NCBI GenBank assembly: GCA_040380225.1
Contig: JBEIJN010000008.1
Span: 5,183-69,182, forward strand
From: Verrucomicrobiia bacterium
GTDB taxonomy: Bacteria; Verrucomicrobiota; Verrucomicrobiia; Chthoniobacterales; UBA6821
Length of the DNA: 64,000 nucleotides
Direction: 5' to 3'
Under the pieces are notes generated by a model. The model was not told where the DNA came from. It was given only the letters and a program-made list of their open reading frames with translations, and ran no database searches. Each line of letters begins with the position of its first letter. Position 1 is the stretch's first letter. Positions 57,259-64,000 of the stretch are shown piece by piece. A program made the position numbers and the translations under genes.

Positions 57259-58218
57259 ATGTCCCTTCGCCGATTCCTGCAAACCGCACTCCTTTTGATT
57301 TCCAGCACGCTTCGTGCGGCCAACCCGGACATTCCTCCCGATGTCAAGGGAGCCTCCGTCGTGGTCATCGATGCAGCCTCGGGCGACGTCCTCTACGAGC
57401 GTAACCCCGGAGAGAAGCGCCCGGTCGCCAGCACCCAGAAACTCCTCACCTCGCTGATCGTCGCCGAGCAGGGAAATCTCGGCAAAGAGGTCGTCATCGA
57501 ACCGATTGACGAGATCACCGAACCGACGACCCTTCAACTCAAGCCCGGTTCCTCCTACACCCGCGGAGCACTGCTCACCGCCCTTCTGGTCAAGAGCGCC
57601 AACGACGTGGCGCGTGCCCTCGGGCGCGATGTCGGAGGGTCACTGGATTCCTTCGCAGACATGATGAACCGCCGTGCCGCCGCACTCGGCGCCACCTCCT
57701 CCCATTTCGTCAATCCCAACGGCCTGCCGGCCGAGGACCAATACTCGACCGCCGCCGACATGGCGAAAATCGCCCGGGCCGCCTACGCCAACCAGATACT
57801 CCGTCCGATCATGGCGACCAAGTATCATCCCTTCCGATACGCTGACGGCCATCTCCACATGCTCCGCAACACCAACCAGACCATGCGCGAGAACTGGTTC
57901 TGCACCGGCATGAAGACCGGCTACACCGACAAGGCGAAGCACTGCCTGGTGAGCAGCGGGGAGCATGGCGGCCGCGAAGTGATCTGTGTTATTCTTGGAA
58001 GCAGCAAGGACCGGGTCTTCACCGACTCGGGACGGATGCTGAGGTGGGCCCTCGGGCTCCCCCAAGAGGCTCCAGCTCCAGCCGCCGCCACTTCACGCTC
58101 CATCAAGAAGGGCAAGGTCAAGACTCCCAAGGGTCAGGCAACCGAGAAGGCGATGCAGAAGGCCGCTAAGAAGCACTCCTACAACGTCAATCGCTACACC
58201 CCCTCCTCCTCCCAATGA
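57259..58218 (+). CDS. D-alanyl-D-alanine carboxypeptidase (S11, PBP5/6-like)
   Basis: SxxK (ASTQKLLT), SxN (SANDVA) and KTG (KTGYT). ATG at 57259 with a signal peptide. The upstream part of the ORF overlaps the TPR gene. Confidence 0.85.
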   Translation: MSLRRFLQTALLLISSTLRAANPDIPPDVKGASVVVIDAASGDVLYERNPGEKRPVASTQKLLTSLIVAEQGNLGKEVVIEPIDEITEPTTLQLKPGSSYTRGALLTALLVKSANDVARALGRDVGGSLDSFADMMNRRAAALGATSSHFVNPNGLPAEDQYSTAADMAKIARAAYANQILRPIMATKYHPFRYADGHLHMLRNTNQTMRENWFCTGMKTGYTDKAKHCLVSSGEHGGREVICVILGSSKDRVFTDSGRMLRWALGLPQEAPAPAAATSRSIKKGKVKTPKGQATEKAMQKAAKKHSYNVNRYTPSSSQ

Positions 58219-60305
58219 GCCGGAGCTACCAGCTCCATCCTTCGCCCGGAAGCGGCAGCGCAATAGATTTCGCGGAAGCGCTCAACGACCAGCAACTCGA
58301 GGCCGTCACCTCCCCCGCAGGGGCGCACCTCGTGATCGCGGGAGCCGGCAGCGGCAAGACCAGGACCCTCACCTACCGGGTCGCCTGGCTCCTCGAGCAG
58401 GGATACAGGCCAGGTGAGATCCTCCTGCTGACCTTCACCAACAAGGCCGCCCGCGAAATGCTCGAACGGGTGAACGACCTCCTGCCGGGGGCTTCCGATG
58501 GGCTCTGGAGCGGCACATTCCACTCGATCGGTCACCGGATCCTGCGCCGCCATCCCGAGGCCGTCGGATTCCGCGAAGGATTCACCATCATGGACAGGGA
58601 GGATCAGGAGGAACTGCTCGAGTCCGTGGTGGCGCGGCTGGGATTCCGCACCAATGACAAGAGGTTTCCCAAGGGGGAGGTTCTCGCCGAACTCATCAGT
58701 CTCGGCTGCAACACGGGCGAGACTCTCCGCACCCTGCTGGCCCGCCGCTACCGTTACTTCATCGACCTGGAGGAGCAGATCGCACAGGTCGCGACGGCCT
58801 ACGAGGGTCGCAAGAAAGAGGTCAACGCCCTCGATTTCGATGACCTCCTCTCCAAGACGCACGAACTCCTGCTCACTAGTTCCGAGATCGCCGCGACCTA
58901 CCAGCGTCGCTTCCGGGCGATCCTTGTCGATGAGTATCAGGACACCAACCGTCTCCAAGCCGGACTGATCGACACGCTGGCGGCTTCCCACAAGCACATC
59001 ATGGTGGTCGGTGACGACGCCCAGTCGATCTACTCGTGGCGCGGAGCCGATTTCGCGAACATCCTCGAATTCCCCAAGCGCTACCCCGACTCCGTCATCC
59101 ACCGGATCGAGACGAACTACCGCAGCGTTCCGCAGGTGCTGGAACTGGCCAACGCCTCCATCCTGAACAATCCGCGTCAGTTCCCCAAGGAGCTTCGGGC
59201 CGTCCGCAAGCCGGCGATCACGAAACCGGCGCTCGTTCCGCTCGCCACCAACAACGAGCAGGCCTCTTTCATCGCCCAGCGCGTGCTGGAACTCCACGAC
59301 GAGGGAATCGACTTCCGCGAGATCGCTGTCCTCTACCGGGCCCACTACCACTCGATGGAGATCCAGCTTGAGTTCACCCGGCGCGGCATTCCCTTCGGGA
59401 TCACGAGTGGATTGCGCTTCTTCGAGCAGGCGCACGTCAAGGATGTCGCGGCCTTCCTGAAGTTCGCGATCAATCCGAACGACGAGGTCGCCTTCAAGCG
59501 GATGGTACGTCTCCTTCCCGGCATCGGGTCGAAAACCGCCGAAAATCTCTGGCTCCAGTCTGCCAAACTCCTGGAGGGAAGCCGCCACTTCTCACGTCTC
59601 GAGAAGGGATGCAAGCCCCCCTCCAAGGCGGCCGGAGCCTGGTCCCAGCTGATCGGGACGCTGGCAAAGCTCGCCCCCATGGGTGTGCCGGCTCCACCCT
59701 CCGAGATGATCACCGCGGTGACCTCGGGACTTTACGACGACTACATGCAGGCGAAGTTCGCGAACTACGAGGCGCGTCGCGACGATCTTAACACGCTCGC
59801 CAACTACGCGAAGCAGTTCGAGCAGACGGATGAATTCCTGGCCCAGTTGACTCTCCTTGGCGGCACCGAGACCAGCGAGGTCACGGGACGCGACGACGAG
59901 GAGGACCGCGTCTGCCTCTCGAGCATCCATCAGGCCAAGGGACTCGAATGGCAGGCCGTCTTCCTGGCATGGCTCACGGAGGGAATGTTCCCCGGAGCCC
60001 GCTCCCTGGAGGATGAATCGGCTCTCGAGGAAGAACGGCGCCTCTTCTATGTCGGGGTCACCCGATGCAAGGAGGAACTCTACCTCACCTACCCCGAGCT
60101 GCGTCTCAATGCCGGTTACGGCGAAGCCTTCCAGCGTCCTTCGCGCTTTCTGGAGGAACTTCCCGAGGATCTCACCGAGCGATGGGAGGTCGCCCGCGCC
60201 GTCGCCCGATTCACCCCGGGGGGCGAACGCAATCATCAAGGACGGCGGCAAAGTGAATTTGATCCCGCCGACGAGTCACAACTCCCCGAGTGGGAGGATG
60301 AGTAG
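58215..60305 (+). CDS. ATP-dependent DNA helicase, UvrD/PcrA/Rep family
   Basis: AGAGSGKTRTLTYR (motif I), VDEYQDTN (II), YRS (IV region) and HQAKGLEW (VI region). Confidence 0.9.
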   Translation: MSRSYQLHPSPGSGSAIDFAEALNDQQLEAVTSPAGAHLVIAGAGSGKTRTLTYRVAWLLEQGYRPGEILLLTFTNKAAREMLERVNDLLPGASDGLWSGTFHSIGHRILRRHPEAVGFREGFTIMDREDQEELLESVVARLGFRTNDKRFPKGEVLAELISLGCNTGETLRTLLARRYRYFIDLEEQIAQVATAYEGRKKEVNALDFDDLLSKTHELLLTSSEIAATYQRRFRAILVDEYQDTNRLQAGLIDTLAASHKHIMVVGDDAQSIYSWRGADFANILEFPKRYPDSVIHRIETNYRSVPQVLELANASILNNPRQFPKELRAVRKPAITKPALVPLATNNEQASFIAQRVLELHDEGIDFREIAVLYRAHYHSMEIQLEFTRRGIPFGITSGLRFFEQAHVKDVAAFLKFAINPNDEVAFKRMVRLLPGIGSKTAENLWLQSAKLLEGSRHFSRLEKGCKPPSKAAGAWSQLIGTLAKLAPMGVPAPPSEMITAVTSGLYDDYMQAKFANYEARRDDLNTLANYAKQFEQTDEFLAQLTLLGGTETSEVTGRDDEEDRVCLSSIHQAKGLEWQAVFLAWLTEGMFPGARSLEDESALEEERRLFYVGVTRCKEELYLTYPELRLNAGYGEAFQRPSRFLEELPEDLTERWEVARAVARFTPGGERNHQGRRQSEFDPADESQLPEWEDE

Positions 60306-60308
60306 CCG

Positions 60309-61316
60309 CTATCCTCCGGTTTGCGTCCGACCGGAATCCTCGACTATTTTTTCCACGCTGAGCAACCACTGGTGAAGGAAGTAAAGAAGCGAGGCCAGGA
60401 TGATCCCGATCCACATTGCCTCGATGATCGAGATGACCTGATGAAAGTTCCGGATCGGCCCCGGGAGCATTCCTGTGGGTATCATGAAGCAGACTGCAAA
60501 CTGGGCGCACCCGGGCTTGAACGAAGGAAACCGATATCCCAGATATCCGATGGTTCCCATGATGAGGCAGATCACGGACAAGTAGACCGCGACATTATTC
60601 GTGGAGGCGGACAGAACGGAGAGGGTGAAAAACGCGACAATGCTTCCCAACACGGCACCCGTGAGGCGTGCCATGAGGGCGGGTCGCGAGGCAGAGAGCA
60701 ACTGAATGGCCCAAGGGATACCTCCCATGATGACAAAGACCTTGTTGTCGGCAACCAGGGTATGTCCGGCGATCAGGCAGCAGACACCCACAAACCCCAG
60801 AAAGAAGGTCTCACGGCTCCGGAAGTTCACCGGTTCTGGAAGCTGGGGGCGGTATCCCTTCCTCAACGGAATGATGTAAAAGGCGGCGGCGGCGGCAAAG
60901 ATCCCGATGGTCACGGCCAGGGTTCTGTAAAATCCCCCCATGATCGGTGCCGAATCGGCAATTTTCCCGGAAATGAGTGATCCGCTCAGGCCATAGACCA
61001 GGAGCGTCATCGTTGCGGCGTCACGACTCCTGGATGCGAGCGCCATCGTGGCAAAGATGAGGAGCATGTAAGCCGGGACGTAGAGCCAGGGAGCATCGAG
61101 AAACAAGGCCTCCACAACGCTCCCCATGGCACCTGCAACCCAGACCAGGATGAGCCTTTGGCGCATCGTGCTCCTGCGGAAAGTGGGAAGATTCGCAAGC
61201 AGGGAGACGGCGAGCATCGCCCTGAAAAGGTGGGAAAACTTGAGCGTCAGGATGGTCAGCATCGCCAGCGCCACTGCAAGCGCCAACCTGCACGCGGGGC
61301 GCCAAGCGTCACTCAT
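60309..61316 (-). CDS. FUSC/AaeB-like integral membrane protein (short, about 335 aa)
   Basis: Multi-TM protein translationally coupled (TGA/ATG overlap) to the HlyD-type gene. This is the position of AaeB in aaeXAB-type operons. Confidence 0.55.
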   Translation of the reverse strand: MSDAWRPACRLALAVALAMLTILTLKFSHLFRAMLAVSLLANLPTFRRSTMRQRLILVWVAGAMGSVVEALFLDAPWLYVPAYMLLIFATMALASRSRDAATMTLLVYGLSGSLISGKIADSAPIMGGFYRTLAVTIGIFAAAAAFYIIPLRKGYRPQLPEPVNFRSRETFFLGFVGVCCLIAGHTLVADNKVFVIMGGIPWAIQLLSASRPALMARLTGAVLGSIVAFFTLSVLSASTNNVAVYLSVICLIMGTIGYLGYRFPSFKPGCAQFAVCFMIPTGMLPGPIRNFHQVISIIEAMWIGIILASLLYFLHQWLLSVEKIVEDSGRTQTGG

Positions 61317-62494
61317 TGAAGCGGAATCCGACCGGCACTACCCAACGGGGAAACGAATTCGGCATCCTCCACTTTCTGCAGACGTTGGATGACCTGCATC
61401 CCTTCCTCGATATCGCTGCCGGTATGGACAATCACCGAAGCCGTACCGCCCATCCGGAAGGAGTGACCTTCCTGCTCGTCCAGGATAATCCTCACGGGAT
61501 AGCGCTGGGCCAGAAGGATGAAGTCGATCGTGGGGGAGACCCTTGAGAGAAGCCCCTCCCCTCCGGGAGCATTGTTGGAGGGACTGTTGAGCGCCACAAC
61601 GGCCTTGGGAACCCCTTGGACGATTCCCTTCAGTTTTTTGCCAGACTCGGCCATCAGGTAGACATCCGCGCTCATTCCGGGGCGCATCCTCTTGAGGTCT
61701 GTTTCCCGGAAATTGGCCAGGACGTACCAGATCTTCCTGTCGACCAGCGAGAAGATCTGTTCACCCACGGCGGCATAAGCACCGGGGGTGATCTGAAGGT
61801 TGGTCACATAGCCGTCGCATGTGGCGTAGACCTTGCAGTAGGAAAGCTTCAACTCGGAATCCCTCAACGCCGCCTGAGAGGCAACCCGGCGCACATTCAC
61901 ATCACCCTGTTCCCCGAGAAGATTCCGTGCCCGTTCGAGTGCCGCCTTGTCCTGGGCGACCTTATCGGTGGCGGTGATCGCCTCGGTCTGGGCGAGTTGG
62001 TTTTTATCGACTGTCACGTAGAGATTGCCCACAAGGGCCTGCACCCTCTTCGCATAGTCGACGGCATAGGCCGCCTTGGCCTCACTCTGCTTGAGTTGAG
62101 CCTCCGCGGCGGCGATCTGGTCCTTGTAGGCCTGGATCTCAAGCTCGGTAAGGGCCAACTGCGCCTTGGCCTTCTCCGCTTCCGCTGCATAGGGACGCGA
62201 ATCGAGTTCAAAAAGCAAATCCCCCTTGCGAACAAGTTGATTGTCCTTCACATGGATGGCCGTGATCGTGCCACCCACCTGAGGGGCGACTCCGATCACA
62301 TTGGCTCGCACCTGTGCGTCCTCGGTCCGGGGATTGCTCCTGATGTTGGCGTCAACCTTCATCGCAAGCACAGCAGCCGCCAGAAAGGAGGCAACGGAGA
62401 TCAACAGCCCGAGAATCCGCCGAAACGTCTGCTTCGGACGAGCGGTGGGGACTTTCGCCGCGGAGTCCGGGGAGATGGCGGGATTCTCGCTCAT
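61313..62494 (-). CDS. HlyD-family membrane fusion protein (AaeA/EmrA-like)
   Basis: N-terminal TM, then VGGTITAIHVKDNQLVRKGDLLFELD (lipoyl-like hairpin), a long coiled coil, and a C-terminal beta-barrel region. ATG at 62494 overlaps the stop of the DUF1656 gene. Confidence 0.85.
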   Translation of the reverse strand: MSENPAISPDSAAKVPTARPKQTFRRILGLLISVASFLAAAVLAMKVDANIRSNPRTEDAQVRANVIGVAPQVGGTITAIHVKDNQLVRKGDLLFELDSRPYAAEAEKAKAQLALTELEIQAYKDQIAAAEAQLKQSEAKAAYAVDYAKRVQALVGNLYVTVDKNQLAQTEAITATDKVAQDKAALERARNLLGEQGDVNVRRVASQAALRDSELKLSYCKVYATCDGYVTNLQITPGAYAAVGEQIFSLVDRKIWYVLANFRETDLKRMRPGMSADVYLMAESGKKLKGIVQGVPKAVVALNSPSNNAPGGEGLLSRVSPTIDFILLAQRYPVRIILDEQEGHSFRMGGTASVIVHTGSDIEEGMQVIQRLQKVEDAEFVSPLGSAGRIPLQ

Positions 62495-62751
62495 TTGACG
62501 GCGAAGAAGAGAAGCCAAAGGATGCAGGTCAGCGAAGTGATCAAGGCTCCGTAGACAAGCGGCAGAGGGATCAGGTAGGGAAGCAGTCCCGCCTTGAGGA
62601 ACACCAGATGCAATACCCAAAAAAGGATCAACCCGCCGAGGGTGCAGGCAAGCCAGGCAGGAAAATAGGCACCCGCAATGTTGATTTGCGGGTCACAGCC
62701 GGTCATCGTCAGGATGACGAAAGCAGCAGGCAACAGGATCCACCGTGACAT
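62491..62751 (-). CDS. DUF1656/AaeX-like small membrane protein
   Basis: 86 aa with two to three TM segments. The position and size match AaeX upstream of AaeA. Confidence 0.65.
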   Translation of the reverse strand: MSRWILLPAAFVILTMTGCDPQINIAGAYFPAWLACTLGGLILFWVLHLVFLKAGLLPYLIPLPLVYGALITSLTCILWLLFFAVK

Positions 62752-64000
62752 CCCTTCATCCTAAAAGAGCACTGAGAAGCGCGGCAACGCTAATTGCCAC
62801 GCTGGGACTCCTTTGCCAACTGGCTGCAAAGCAAAGCGACTCTCCCGGATCCGTGGTCACGCGGGGGCTGATTGTCAAAAAACCGTATCCACTCGCCGAG
62901 ACGGCCACCTCCTTCGACCCGTCACGATCCTACGAGCTCTCCTCCCTGATCGAGCTCGGACTGGCCAATAATCCGCAGACCCGCTCCGCCTGGTTCGGAG
63001 CCCTGGCATCAGCCGCCACGGTCGGGGAGGCCAAGGCGATCTACTATCCGCAACTCGGATTCACGGCCACGGGGGGATTTGACAACGGATACAACCCCAT
63101 CCAGACCGGCCCCGAGACCTACGGCCGCCTCAGCATCAATCCCGGACTGGAACTCGAGTACCTCCTGCTGGATTTCGGCAGGCGGGCTGCTGATGTCCGG
63201 CGAACGGTCGCTCTCCTCGACGCCGCCAACCTCAGCTTCAGTCGCCGTATCCAGACCACCGTCTTCGCCATCCAGCAGGCCTACTTCGCCCATGTAGCCG
63301 CCCTCTCCCAGCAGCAGGCCGCCAAGGCGAACCTCGAGCTTTCCACGACGATCCTTGCCATGGTGGAGGCACAGATCGCCAACGGACTCGGCACCAAGCC
63401 CGAACTGGATGCCGCACGCAAGACGCTTGCACAGGCGGATTTCGACATGGCGGCGGCCGACAGGAACGCCGAGGTCTCCTTGGGCAATCTGCGCGTCGCC
63501 GCCGGACTGCAGGCGAATGCGCCGCTGAAGGTCGGCACTCCCGGTGGAAAGACCGACCTTCAGGGCATCTCCGGCAATGTGGATCGCCTGATTGATATCG
63601 CCATCGCCAAGCGCCCCGATCTCGCGGCCAGAACCGCCGAGATCAAGGCCAGCCGCGCCGCCGTCCAGCAGGCCAAGGCCGACTTCATGCCGAAAGTCTC
63701 GCTGGTCGGCTCCTCGTCGATCGAAACCTACGGATACGGGGCGGATCTCAACAATGTGAGCGGTAACTTCAACGGCACCTACACCCATGCCGCTGGTTTC
63801 GCGGTGATGAGCTGGGATCTCTTCGACGGATTCCAGCGCGTGGAGCGGGTCAAGAAGCGTCAGGCCGAGGAGTCGGAGGCCCGGGCGAATGCGGAATCGA
63901 CGCGCCTGCAGACCACGCAGGATGTATGGACCTCCTACAACGACTCCCTCAAGGCCGGCAAGCGTGTTGCATACGCCGACTCGCTGGTGGTTTCCGCGGA
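62745..64000 (+). CDS. TolC-family outer-membrane efflux protein (3' end outside window)
   Basis: Not in the ORF track because no stop lies in the window. The frame is open from the stop at 62715-62717 to 64000. GTG at 62745 gives VTSLHPKRALRSAATLIATLGLLCQLAA. SSLIELGLANNPQTRSAWF and two coiled-coil repeats are typical of the OEP family. Confidence 0.8.
   Translation, partial: MTSLHPKRALRSAATLIATLGLLCQLAAKQSDSPGSVVTRGLIVKKPYPLAETATSFDPSRSYELSSLIELGLANNPQTRSAWFGALASAATVGEAKAIYYPQLGFTATGGFDNGYNPIQTGPETYGRLSINPGLELEYLLLDFGRRAADVRRTVALLDAANLSFSRRIQTTVFAIQQAYFAHVAALSQQQAAKANLELSTTILAMVEAQIANGLGTKPELDAARKTLAQADFDMAAADRNAEVSLGNLRVAAGLQANAPLKVGTPGGKTDLQGISGNVDRLIDIAIAKRPDLAARTAEIKASRAAVQQAKADFMPKVSLVGSSSIETYGYGADLNNVSGNFNGTYTHAAGFAVMSWDLFDGFQRVERVKKRQAEESEARANAESTRLQTTQDVWTSYNDSLKAGKRVAYADSLVVSA

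Overview
Densely coding, high-G+C bacterial chromosome segment. The taxon cannot be fixed from the sequence alone; the gene flavour fits a PVC/Verrucomicrobia-like Gram-negative, which is a guess. I can support about 58 protein genes and one tRNA-Leu(UAG). I see no rRNA, CRISPR, transposase or prophage block.

Gene blocks in order:
- opcA (5' partial), a frame-broken class A PBP, galK-galT, a ROK kinase and a tatA operon.
- A circularly permuted ATP-grasp / alpha-E / transglutaminase triad, two LPS-core glycosyltransferases and a Xer-type recombinase.
- A ~15-kb all-plus-strand sulfur-assimilation supercluster: cysI-cysH-[four-helix-bundle ORF]-cysD-cysN / porin-rhodanese(YgaP-like)-cysE / rrf2 / lipoprotein-sbp-M14 peptidase-cysT-cysW-cysA. 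cysK lies 6 kb further on.
- Alkaline phosphatase, two sugar MFS transporters around a GH108-like ORF, and gyrB.
- A lipoprotein + HAD pair, tgt, pyrR-pyrB-pyrC and an ABCG-like transporter with an embedded zinc ribbon.
- proC, a PBP5-type carboxypeptidase, a UvrD-family helicase, and an AaeXAB-like efflux set with a divergent TolC-like gene (3' partial).

The most unusual signal is in the intergenic DNA.
- Two ~300-340 bp near-identical elements lie in inverted orientation 47 kb apart, with internal 19-bp perfect inverted repeats.
- A second family of mosaic hairpin modules occurs five times.
- Many spacers carry 7-8 nt tandem word arrays.
- An identical 28-mer precedes two unrelated genes.
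- An ACGA-N8-ATCG palindrome-like motif recurs in the promoters of the three sulfur operons next to an Rrf2 regulator gene.

The best candidate for an uncharacterised protein system is the ATP-grasp/alpha-E/transglutaminase triad.

All alignments, start-codon choices and GC statements were made by eye or hand count. Many long antisense ORFs in the track are GC artefacts.
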